This document shows positions 42,850 through 55,693 of a stretch of DNA of 64,000 bases, in pieces. A model generated the notes under the pieces. That model saw only the letters and a list, made by a program, of their open reading frames with translations. It had not been told where the DNA came from and searched no databases. The position numbers and the translations under genes are program-made. The stretch is from NCBI RefSeq assembly GCF_009914755.1, contig NC_060942.1. One strand, written 5' to 3'. The DNA is from the human T2T-CHM13v2.0 reference genome, Homo sapiens. Each line of letters begins with the position of its first letter. The first letter of the stretch is position 1.

Positions 42850-45800
42850 AACAAGCTTTTTACTTAAAAATTTAACTTAAAAAAATTCTCAAAATATTTA
42901 TCCTGAAAGACTTGGTGAAATTATTCTGAAACCAGATACCTTGAATGACTAGCCCAGGGTCCAGTATGTATTCTTTTACTTTATTTTTTAAATGTACTAG
43001 CCAAACCAAGAACTAAGCAAAGCATTTGGACATACTGCATTACCTAACATTCAACATTACCTAACACCACTAGGGAGTGCTCCTTCTAGGCTGTCAATTG
43101 TGGCCTATGTTTAGAGTGTTATTTTCCCTTACCTGAGATCTGTGTTCTTACTGTAAGTGTATATCCTAGTCATTTTATTATACAAGATAATCCTGAATGT
43201 TTGCCATAACATGTAAATAAGAATTCCAGCTTTCAAATATGATGGAAGTTTAAATGATTAGTTTTTTAAATTTTAAATTTAATAATTTAAATTAAATTAT
43301 TTAGTTGCTATGTAGATAATCTATTTCCCAGCGAGATGGGGCAGTAGTTTACTTACCTTTACAATTTAAGCGGAGTTCAAACCAGCATTTGGAATACAAG
43401 AAAGACATGGTGAGACTATGTCCATCTTAAACCAAGAAATAAAGTAGAATGATTTTGTGTAGACTTTGGCATTGTTACACTTTCCTTCATTTATTCTGTA
43501 AGACTATTTTTTTTTTTGCTTCTCTTAAACGAGTACTGTTTTTGAAATTTGGCCTATTTGTTAGGAAGATACTATTCTCCCTTATATAGGATTGTATGAT
43601 TTTTTGAAGAAAAACAGATTGTTTCCAAGGGCATTTTTTGATTTTTGTTATGATAAAATGTGAAAACTATTAATGTGATATCTATGAAAAGTATTCTGGA
43701 GGAAAAATATATTCAAATTTATATAATTTTTAGGATAAGTTTGAATTCGTTCCATTACATCACCAGTACATAGATGCCTGTAGGGCAGTGTAAATTAAAG
43801 ATTGTTGTATCCCAGCAATTTCAGCTTGACTGACAAGGTACTTTTTAAACTCTGGAAAGCACTGACCAATTGAAAGCCTTTAACTACTTCACCTAAAAAC
43901 AAGGCCATGTACCCAGAATCGTTGCTGCCTAGGAATACTGAATTTTGGGGTAGGCCACTATAATATTAGTTACTCAGACCTTTGCTCTGATTTCACTAAA
44001 TAGTAAAGTAAAGGGAGCTATTGCTTTATTATTTTGTCACCCTCTAGTGTGACCGGTGAGGCAGGAGTACAGTAGCTGGAGGTCCTGAAGGGGCCCACCA
44101 TGCCATTCTGGTTGTTATTCCCTTTATTGTAATACACCTCCATAGAGTTCATTGAGAGGTAGAAAAGAGAAACCTGTTAGTGGGAGCATTGGTTGTAATC
44201 TATGTTTTTGATTATCAATGACATGATCCTAAAATTATACCCAAATATCTCTCACAGGTTCTGAAATTGAGTTTCTGAAAAAGCACTGTAGTAGTAATAA
44301 AAGGTAAAGTGCAGAGTTCCAAAGAAATGAGCTGTGAATTGAACCTGCAATGGAAATTGATCCTATCAGTCAGTTTTTGCCCTTGTTCATAGAAAAATAG
44401 GACTGAATGTAGAAGGAGCCAGGATCACTGATTAAATAGGATGCTGAAGTGCTGGAGGCTAGAAGTGGGCTTGCTCGTCCCTTAGGTCAGACTTCTCTGC
44501 TGGAAACCTGGCTCAAGCTGGCAGAAAAAGAACAGAATGAAAAATGCTGCAGGCATCAGTGGGAGAGTCGGTAAGAGCTCACTGACTGAGCTTCCTGCGT
44601 GACAGCCAGTGCACTTCTCCATAGGGAGGCCATTCTCATCTCTTATCATGAGTCAGTGGGCCCACAGTGGACCCACTGGCCTCATGATTCATGCCAACGG
44701 GGCCTGTCATGATACCCTTTCAGGGAAGCAGGGAGGCATCAGTGTGGCCAGAGGGTGTGAGTGTGAAGAAAAATGGCTTTGCTATCAATTCCATTCTCAG
44801 TAGCATCCTCAGGATTGTGAGGAAAGAGGACAAATTTCCTACAACTAGTGGTCCTATGAATACCATTTATTACCCTTTTATCTAACTGTAAGAGATCTAT
44901 ATTGTGCACATAGAATGCTTGTAATGCTGTGCCATGTTTTGGGGGGACAGTGTTTGTATTCTACTCCCAGAAATGCAGTGTGAGTTGCAATTAGCCTACC
45001 AAAATTACACATTTCTGGTTATGAAGTTGCCATTTGTTTCCTACAGTGTAATATATTTCTACAGTGATGCCCTTCAGAGTGTTCAGTGATCATCAGTATA
45101 ACTCACTAGAGTAAATGTCCCTGTGGAATGCCTCATTCACAGTTAGTAGCACACTAATGGAAATCGCTCTGTAGAAACATTGAAAACAAAGGTATTATAA
45201 AACACTAACTTGAGATGTAATTATTATAAATCCATTTCTGGATCAGAATTTAATTTTGCAAAATGGCAGAAAAAAAAGTAAAAACAAAGAAGCATTGAAA
45301 TCAGGCAATTTGCTTAGTATGAGAATTGTAAAAGAATTGTATGAGAATTAGTAAAAGAATTGTCAGATTTCCTTAGTCATTGGTCATAGCCTATCAACAC
45401 TATCATTAAAGAAGGCTGCTGTCATAGGTACATGGTAGCACATGGCATTTCCTTTATGTTATTGTATGTATCTGCTTTTCCAGCCATTTCCCCATCCCTC
45501 TTAACTTTGCGTTTGGACCCTGGTAAGAGAAAATGACAGTACTCCATCTGAAGTGGACCATGTCCCTGTGTCATGGTATTGATTTAACTTATCCTGTAAG
45601 CTTTTGACAAATGAGAATCAGAGTCAAAGAGGCCTTCATCCCTATCCTATGTTGACGTGACCCTTCCTACCCCCATTGATATTGACCCTGCCACGTTGAT
45701 AGCAACACATTAGTAGGCACAGCAGAACTACAGACCATAGTCAAAGGCTCACAGAGGGCACAAAGGAAAATACTCTGCAAAAGCTTCCGTAAGATAGTTT

Positions 45801-47917
45801 TGCTTTGGTTAACTGTAGTTATGCTTCAACGTAAAGATGCAAAAAAGTGAGTGTCACCCTCTTTTCATCTAAGATTTAGACCTCATACAGCCTCTGTCTC
45901 CTGTCTGATTACCACTCATGACAATAGGCAATTTAGAGCCTTTGTCATAGAAATGATTGTTTTGTGTTAGGCTTAGCTGTAGTACTTGGCAAATGTATGG
46001 GAAATGTGAGACATAATTTTACCATGATGGAATTCTAAAAGGTGCTCACAGAGAAAGGGAGCATGCAAAAATACTTGACCGGTACACAGACAGAAGCCTT
46101 TGTTTTCAGTCCTGAATTTTAATTTAAGTATATATTTTCTTGGATAAGGAATACTGAATGATGCAGACTTATTTATGCAGTGAAAAATAGTTTTCCATTG
46201 AAATTAAGTTAGAACTGTACTTCTTGTTTAAACTAATATCTGAAGCCTTTAGTCATTTTATTAGTCAGTAAAATTGATGAAAACCTTAGGAAAATGCGTT
46301 AGAACAGTCCTGTGATGAATAGGAGGCCTGGGATTAATAAGGAAAAGGGCAAAGGGACACATGTTGATCTGTGTATGTATAGAGATCTGGAGCTTATTAG
46401 AAGTTTTTATGAACATTCAACTAATGAAGCATTATATAAAATTAGACATTTCCGTTAAGTTGTAAAAGTTACTAGTCTAGGGAAAAAAACCTTCAATGTT
46501 ATTTCTAAATAATTTATTTATGACATTTTCCCAACAGTAGTAATTTAAATATGAAAAATTAATTTTGTAATAGGGAACATTCCATGAGAATGCCACTCAC
46601 GATTTCTTGGAGGAGTTTTCATCTTTGGTTCTTAGATTTATTACAGGACAGAGTAGCATGAATGATCTTTATTAATCCCATTTTATGATTGCAGCAGATA
46701 TCTGGTAAATGCTACGTTGCATATTTAACATTATTCCATTTTAAACATTTTCATTTGTCAGAGGTTGCAGGTAAAAAGGGGGGATTTTAAGTTCTCTCTG
46801 TGGCATAATTGATGGAGAAAACAGACACAAAGAATTTATGCACAAATAGGAATCAAGAAGGGAACTTCAACAATAGTCTAGACAAGTTTGCAGCACCCTG
46901 AAATGCAGGCCAGGCTCTCTGGTACAGCTGAACTGGGGAATGTGGCCTTGACCCTCTCGTCTATAGAATTAGCAGGAAAAGGGGGAAGAATTCCTCTCAG
47001 CACTTTTGTCTCAAGTTTAAATTCATTGGATCTTTATTATATTGTACATTCTTTGGTCATGTTTTAGGTGAAGTCTTAGTATCTTTAATATCCTGATTTC
47101 TTCTTATTTGATTCTCTTTAGTTTGGTAGAGAAAACAGTGGAGTGGGGACAGCATGATTTGTAGTTGTCAGGTCTAAATTTGAATGCCACAGCAAACCCT
47201 GACCCTGATCAAGTTATTGAGCCTACCTTGGTCACAATTTTTATGTCTATATATTAGAAATAAAAATATTTACAGGATTATTTTGAGGAATAGGAAATTT
47301 ATAGAAAGCAACTCACACATAGTAAGTGTGCAATAAACTGTAGCTTTTATATCTCAAGTTTATTGTCCCTTCTCAATTGTAGATCTCTTTACATTCATAT
47401 TTGGTGAGCACACTTCAGACAAACAAAAATCAAAATTATGAATCAAATGACCTATGGGTGTATAACACAAAACATTTTAGGTTAGGCTTTTCCTAAAACC
47501 CTGAATGCTGAATTTTTTGTAGTAGTGCATGGTACATTATAAGTGCTTGGTAAATGTTATTTATGTAGTAGTATTTATTTTCATCATTATTTCATAAACA
47601 AATTTAAGCTTTCTCTGCATATATTTTGTTTTAAATTATGCAAAAATGCTTATATTCTCTCCATGTCATTTAGATTTCTAAGCTTGAAACTGTACCTGGA
47701 GCTTGGGCTAAAATAAGATTACTAAAAAATTGTCATGAACAGGCAAGAATTACTTTAGCATTGATTGTGTGGAATTCTATTCAGATTGAAATCCAAAAAT
47801 ACCTGCTCTGCTCAGAAGTTTATGTTCTCTTACTATATTATTTCATGTATAATTCTCAAGCTTTTACTCTTGTTTTCCAATTACATGATTATAAATTAAT
47901 GTTTAAAGATAAAACAC

Positions 47918-48745
<828 letters not shown>

Positions 48746-48814
48746 CTTTGGGATTGACCTGAGCCTTTATCTTTCTTCTCTCTCATGTTTTCTTTTGTCT
48801 TCTTTTCTAAATAG

Positions 48815-49123
48815 ATCCCATGCGAGGCCCAAGAAAACTAGAAGTAGTGGAGGTCAAATCTCGGCAAATCACTATCCGCTGGGAGCCATTTGGATATAAT
48901 GTAACTCGTTGCCACAGTTATAATCTCACTGTCCACTACTGTTACCAAGTTGGAGGACAAGAACAAGTGCGAGAAGAAGTAAGCTGGGATACAGAAAACT
49001 CACACCCTCAACACACGATCACTAACCTGTCACCATACACCAATGTCAGTGTGAAACTGATCCTCATGAACCCAGAGGGCCGGAAGGAAAGCCAAGAACT
49101 CATAGTGCAGACAGATGAAGACC
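48815..49123 (+). CDS. PTPRM: PTPRM internal coding exon (309 bp, phase 1-1; FN3 domain; probably exon 8)
   Basis: Polypyrimidine tract then aaatag|AT CCC ATG; open frame DPMRGPRKLEVVEVKSRQITIRWEPFGYNVTRCHSYN...VQTDED; donor C|gtgagt. Confidence 0.96.
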
Positions 49124-49391
49124 GTGAGTACCTTTGAATGATATGTTTGTGTAAAACATGTTCTTTCAAAAAACAACTTTTGTTTCGAGATCTTTGCTGT
49201 GCAGATGGAAGAAAGAACTACTTATTTTGTTGAACAACACAAATGTGTATCTGTACTCTGTATTCTTAAGCGCTGATTGAAAGAGGGAAAAGGGAGTAGA
49301 GATATAGAAATGTCATTCTTTATTACTCATACAGTTACTTTTCTATATATAATCATTCCATATTGCTCTCAATAGTTCTTCAAGTTTTATT

Positions 49392-49491
49392 TCATTGGGC
49401 TGAAAAATTGTTGTTTTGGGTATTAGATTATTTATATAAAATCATTGGACTGAAAAATTGTTGTTTTGGGTATTAGATTATTTATATAAAA
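49392..49491. repeat. Tandem duplication, 2 x 50 bp, 1 mismatch
   Basis: tcattgg(g/a)ctgaaaaattgttgttttgggtattagattatttatataaaa twice. Confidence 0.95.
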
Positions 49492-50179
49492 TGTTTACCT
49501 AAATATATTTAAATGGCATTCTGAAACATTTTTCATAGTTCAGATAAAATTTCAGCACTAAATAGGGGCTGCCCTTGCTTTTCAACACAGTCTTGAGAAA
49601 CTGTAAGTTGGTGGTCATGAAACAGGTCATTTTTCTCCACAGGAACAATGTTGAAACCGGATGTTACTTTAATAAACAACTACTTTACAAATAAACCATG
49701 CATGTCACCAGTAACGCATCAAAAAAGCAAATATACAGGAAACCTCCATAGTAATTTAAAACAGTAAAATTATGCCTTGAATCTCAATGCGTGGATATAA
49801 ATGTTTCTTTACACAGATGACACAGGGAACCCTTGTGTGTAATGACATATTCATATAGTACATAAAATACAATGGTAGTATATCATAAATTTGACCTAAA
49901 AATCATTTTTCCGGCATCAAAATGAATGACAAAGAATGTAGGAAGACCATTAAACGAATGAACTGACTATTCCTAAGAAAAATAGTTGTTTAGCTTTTTG
50001 TTTCTTCATGTAACTGATAATGTAATTTTGACCATTGATTAAATTGTGAGTTGAATGTTTAGACTACTTTATCGTTTCATTTAAAGAGCTAAAAAAGTAT
50101 TTTTGAGTGTTTCTACCTACCCAGCACCTGCGTATTTTTGTAGAAGAAAAACATAGAAATAGCTGGAGTAGATGAGGAA

Positions 50180-50900
50180 CTCACTGCACATCCTTTCTTT
50201 CCTCTTTTATTGTCCCTCAAGTCCTGCTTGTGTTGGTTCCTCTCAAGCAGTTGTTTGAGAGGGAGTCTAAGTTTGATGGAAGCCACTCAGGCAAGGCTGA
50301 GACCAGAAGCTCTATTTCTGTTTCTTCCAACTCTCTCTCATCTCCCAGAAGAGGAGAAGATGGTGTCCACATTGTCATCAAGTTATGGCTGGCTCCTTCC
50401 TGCCTTACATTTCTCTATTGACTCTGGTCCTAACATCTGTTGTTTCTACTTCCAAAGTTTTAGATTGTTCTTTTCTGTCAATTTCCATTGGCTGTATTCA
50501 AATCCTTATTATTTTATGCTGAAATTTCTATAATTGTTTCTACCTTTTCTTTGTGGTTCCAGCCTTTTTCTATTCTAATGTCCCCCTACTCACTCACTCA
50601 CTAATCTTAAAAATGTATTTTCATCTTGGCTGTCTCTCTACAAAAGTCTTGAGTGGCTCTTCACTTAATCTTCATTCCAGTGCCTTGGCTGTCAAGGTCT
50701 TCTGTATTCTTGGCTCATATTCTAGGAGTAATAACTTCTCCTTCACAGCATCTTGTTCTGCAAAGCCATCCCTGAGTGCTGGTCCCTGTGCCTGCTCTGT
50801 GCATCCTGGGCTTCCCATCGTTGCCTGATTGTTCTCCTTGGCCAGTCGGGGCCTCTCCTGGCCGCTTCTCAAGCTCGCCTACTCTGCTACCAGCTGAAGC
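50180..50900 (+). mobile_element. L2 fossil (approximate)
   Basis: Pyrimidine-rich degenerate L2 motifs (tctgttgtttctacttccaaa, ccttggctgtcaaggtcttctg, ctggtccctgtgcctg). Confidence 0.45.
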
Positions 50901-52339
50901 TCTCCTCACATTTCAGGTCCTTCACATAGCTGTCTCCAGCTCTTCAGTCTGTGTTATTCACATCCCTCTGACCTTAATTGTACTTCATAAGATCCTTAAC
51001 TCTCTGACCCTCAATTTCCTGATCTGAGAAGTGAGAATAATAACAATTCTTAGATACATTAGGGATAGAAGAAATTTATGTGGAGAGCTGGTTGTAGGCT
51101 GTCAGAAAGGGGCCTTTCTTAGTATTGTAATGATTCATAGCCACTCATGATTCTTCTTTGCTCCCTCATTATGTTATTTGTATGTATTTTTTTCTTTTTA
51201 TTGTAAACTACTTGACAAGAAGTACTGTCTGTTTTTCTTCTATAGCAATAGGCGTGATATTGAGTAAGTAATAAACACCCCAAAATACCTTAGGTCTTTA
51301 AATGAAATAATAAAGTATTGTTGATAAGCATTTAGTTCATGTTTTAATAAACAATAATGGTTACATCAATGAGAGAAATAAAATGCAGTCACTTCCAGAT
51401 ATATATTGCTAAAGCATGAACCTATTGAACACTATGGGTTTCAAATTGAGAACTGTCATGAGCTAGGAATTCTGTTAAATTCCATCAAAACATGAGGACA
51501 GAATTACTTTGTTTGTTTAAATTATCTTGCTAGTCCCTGAAGCTGGAGCATGCATTACTTCCAAATAAAAATCTATTGTTTTCCTAGCACACTAGCGTTT
51601 CATTAATTAGAAAAAACTTTAATTTCAAATTATATTTTGTAACCCCTCCAAAAAAAATACTTCAGAAAAGGCAGAGAGAAGAAAGAAATAGAATAATTGT
51701 CAAACAGTATCCAGTTTGAAGAGAAAAGAATTGGGGAGTCACTTTGTTTATCCATCAACAAAAGTTATAATTCATTGAACATTGTGAGTTTTATTATAGT
51801 ATAATACTTTTATTGAAATACAGTTTTTTTCATCAGAAATTGTGTGGGAAAAAATTTACCTTTCATTAATGTTAGTAGAATCCTATACAGCCCAGGGATA
51901 AGTTGTACAAACTTAGGTATTATGGCTTTATATCCCAGATCCTGAATTCCCAGAGCTTCTAAAAATAGGTACTAGACCTAAGTTACTATGAGGTACTATC
52001 TTCCGTAACTTAATTAGTAGTATATTAATTATTTATTCATATTGTTTTAATTTACATTGTCTTTCTCTGACCTTAAAGTGATTATCTGAATCCCCATTAG
52101 GGTTTCCTGTCAACTATTCTACTGCCATTTACCACAGGGTCACCACCAGTACATTCTAATAAGTCCATCCTTCTGAGATATCCTCTTCCTAACATGATTT
52201 TGAATACCTCCTGTGTCATATTACTGTTAGTATTTTCTTTTATACGAATTGAATGAAACAAATATTTGTTTTGTCTAACTCTTCACCTTCTTTACATCTG
52301 CACATGGATTAACACATATTTTCAAATAAGAAATATCAC

Positions 52340-52416
52340 TGGCTGCTCCGCCTATGGAGTAGCCATTCTTTTATTCCTTTGCTTTCTTAATAATCTTGCT
52401 TTCACTTAAAAAGAAA
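52340..52416 (+). mobile_element. Polyadenylated fragment of a MER41-type (ERV1) LTR with TSD
   Basis: ctgctccgcctatggagtagccattcttttattcctttgctttcttaataatcttgctttcactt plus A-rich tail; flanks aagaaatatcac / aagaaatattatcac. Confidence 0.72.
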
Positions 52417-52749
52417 AAGAAATATTATCACAAAATAGAGTCACTCATCTTAGTTATCTTGATGGTGTGAGAAAACTGATGATGTCATCATCATAAACAC
52501 TTTCAAGGTTAAGAGGAAGAGACTTAGTCGAGTTTTCTCAGGCATGGCCTGTTTTAGTTCAACTTCTAATTATGATGAACATTTTAGTCTCAGAGCTTGG
52601 AATTCCAGTGTTCTTAGAACTCACCAGTGTTGTCATTTCTAATGTTTTTTGTTGCTTCAATGTAGTCGTATATAAATTTCTTCAACATAGGACTAACAAT
52701 TATTTTCATATTTATGTGCTATTTAGGGTTTCAATGTTAAAATTAACTT

Positions 52750-53047
52750 GGCTGGGTATAGTAACTCATGCCTATAATCCCAGTACTTTGGGAGGCCAAC
52801 ACAGGAGGGGACCACTTGAGCCCAGGAGATTGAGACCAGCCTGGGAAACATAGTGAGACCCTATCACTACAAAAATTAAAAATAAATTAGCTGGCATGCT
52901 GGTGCATACCTATGGTCCCAGCTACTCAGAAGGTTGAGGTGAGAGATCACTTAAACCTGGGAGGTTGAGGCTGCAGTGTGCAATGCTAGCCCCACTGCAC
53001 TCCAGCCCGGATGACAGAGCAAGACCCTATTTCCAAAAAACAAAAAA
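52750..53047 (+). mobile_element. AluJ
   Basis: cacttgagcccaggag, gaggttgaggctgcagtg; TSD aaaat(t/c)aactt. Confidence 0.93.
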
Positions 53048-53054
53048 TCAACTT

Positions 53055-53170
53055 AATCCAACTTCATTTTAGGAATGAGGCAAATGTGACCTAAAGAGGT
53101 TCAATGATTTGTCCAAATTGCACAATTTAATCATTTATTAGTCTTAAGTCAGAACCCGGGCCTCCCATAT
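53055..53170 (-). mobile_element. MIR fragment
   Basis: cattttaggaatgaggcaaatgtgacctaaagaggttcaatgatttgtccaa...agaacccgggcctcc. Confidence 0.6.
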
Positions 53171-53399
53171 GAATCAGCATTTTTTTTGTGCCAAACAACA
53201 CTTGACTTTAATTGGAATAACTGTAAATGTTCTACATTTATATATAAGTAGCCTCTAATCTCAAAAAAATAGGCATACTATCTATGAGTCCTTTTGAAAT
53301 CCTAGGCAGGCTTTCCAATCTGTGGTAGTCTTAGCAATCATTAAAAAACTGCTCATATCCTCTCACAATCTAAAACATTTTTTCCAACCCCTTTTAAAA

Positions 53400-54520
53400 A
53401 AGTTTATTGAGATATGTTTGTCCATTCACCATTTGATAAATATTTGGGTTGTTTTCACTTTTTGGCTATTATGAATAATGCTGCTATGTATATTCATGAA
53501 CAAGTTTTTGAATTAACATTTTTTTCACTTTTCCTGAGTACATACCTAGGAGTGAAATTGTTGGGTTATGTTGTAAATCTACCAGTGTTTAACCAATTGA
53601 GGCACTGCCGGAGTGTTTTCAAAGTAGCGGCATGACTTTACCTTCCCTCCAGCAGGGTATGGGGTTTCCGATTACTCTTCCTTCTTGCCAGCACTTGTTA
53701 TCATGTCTTTTCGTTATAGTAATGCTAGTGGGTATGAGGTGATATCTCATTATGGTTTCGATTTACAGCGCTTGCTAGCTAATGATACTGAGTATCTTTT
53801 CCTGTGCTTATTGACTATTTGTTTGTCTTTTTTGGAGAACTGTTTATTCAGGTCCTTTGCCCATTTCTAATTGTACTATTTGTTATCTTATTATTGGGTT
53901 TTAATATTGTTACTTTTACAGTCTAGATACAAATCTCTTATATATATGATATGCAGAAGCCTTCTCCCATTCTGTGTCTTGTCTTAATAGTGTCCTTTGA
54001 TGCCCAAAAGGTTTTCATTGTGATAATGTACATTTTATCTAGATTTTCTTTCATTGCTTTTGCTTTTGGTGTCATGCCTAAGAAATTGTTGCCTGATCCA
54101 AGGTCATGAAGATTTATTTATATGTATGTTTTCTTTAAGAGTTTTATAGTTTTGGTTCTTACAGTTAAGTCTTTAAACTATTCAGATTTAATTGTTATAT
54201 ATGGTGTGAGATAGAAATCCAACTTCATTCTTGTGCATGTGGATATCCAGTTGTGCCAGTAGCATTGGTTGAAAAGATTAATCTATCCTCATTAAATGTT
54301 CCCAGTACTCTTACTGAAAATCAATGTACTGCAACTGTAAGGGTTTCTTGAGTACTGGGATTCTCAGTTCGATTCCATATCTATATCTATCTATCTATAT
54401 ATATATATCTTTATCTATGTAAAGATATATATGTCTCCTATGCCAACACCACACTGTCTTGATTACTGTAGCTTTGCAGTCAGTTTTGAAATCAGGATGG
54501 GTGAGTTCTCTCCGACTGCT
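53400..54520 (-). mobile_element. L1MB-type ORF2/3' fragment
   Basis: gggttgttttcactttttggctattatgaataatgctgc...ccaaggtcatgaagattt...cttgattactgtagctttgcag; contains (TCTA)/(TA) repeats at about 54377-54432. Confidence 0.82.
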
Positions 54521-55059
54521 TATTGGTCATTCACTTCATCACCAAAAAATGTGATCATGTGCCCCAAAATATATGCATATTTATAAACAGGATAGCTATT
54601 TTGTAAATAAGATAGGCATACTAGTACACTAAATTGTCTATAACATGAAGCATACTAAAAAACTACATTTAAAATGATGATGGGATAAATAACATTTTAT
54701 AATGATATTGAATATTATTTTATAGAAAACTGGCAAATGACATCTTCACTTTTGTTAGTTTTTTTGCAAACTTATAAGAAGGTGTTATGTATTTTAAGTT
54801 TTGAAAAATGGCATCAAACTTCCCCCAAATCACATATAGTATTAACAAATAAAATAATGTTTAAAGACTATATTGTTATTTCATCTATATCAACTTCTAC
54901 TTTGTATGTATTTTAATAGATATATTAGTACAGTAGTTCATATATATTTTTAGCATGGTTTTATCATTCAGTGTTATGGTTATAACTTGAATCCATGTGA
55001 TATATAACTGTTACTTACTTTCAATCTTTTCAGTATTTTATAACATAACTTACTAAACC

Positions 55060-55300
55060 ATTTGACTTGTTTCTCATTTATTATTATTACAAAAATCACT
55101 GCTTTGTGAACATTTTTGTATATGTCTCCTGGTGCATATATGCGAGAATTTTACTAGGGAATATACCTGCACGTGGGACCATTGGGTCATATGTTCTGTG
55201 CATCTTCAGCTTTACTAAATGCTATTAATAATTTTCCAAGGTGGCTCTACCAGTTTACACTTCCACAAGGAGTATGTGAGAATTCTCATCACTTGAAATC
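55060..55300 (-). mobile_element. Ancient L1M fragment
   Basis: gtgaacatttttgtatatgtctcctggtgca...ttccaaggtggctctaccagtttacacttccac. Confidence 0.6.
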
Positions 55301-55583
55301 CTTCCTCATTTCTTTTGGAAGAGTAAAAACGTTTATTTAATAGATGGGACTGAGCTCTGTCTAATTGATTAAAACTTTTAAGAAAAAAAATGATAAAGTT
55401 ATTCTTTTAATCAAGACAGTGTAGCTAAAATTGTTTAAGATTCCAGATTTTTAAAGAAAAATTGAGTATATGTGTGGACTATTAAAATCTTTTCTCTCAA
55501 TAGAAGGTTAAAACCAAGTCTAGAAAAATCTACTTTTTAATTGTTTATTACTTAAACATTTATTTCCTCCCACCCTCCTTTAG

Positions 55584-55693
55584 TCCCAGGTGCTGTTCCC
55601 ACTGAATCCATACAAGGAAGTACCTTTGAAGAGAAGATATTTCTTCAGTGGAGAGAACCAACTCAAACATATGGTGTAATCACTTTATATGAG
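55584..55693 (+). CDS. PTPRM: PTPRM internal coding exon (110 bp, phase 1-0; start of the next FN3 domain; probably exon 9)
   Basis: ctcctttag|TC CCA GGT...TAT GAG|gtaata; joined to the previous exon it reads [37 protein letters not shown]. It is not in the ORF track because it is too short. Confidence 0.95.

Noticed and set aside
48820-49137. 105-aa ORF as a standalone gene
   Set aside because: It is the PTPRM exon read from an internal Met and past the donor at 49123.
52055-52160. Possible cryptic terminal exon (ccccattag|GGTTTCC..., 19 codons to TAA) upstream of the MER41 poly(A) fragment
   Set aside because: The polypyrimidine tract is weak, the downstream hexamer is mutated, and such matches are expected by chance.
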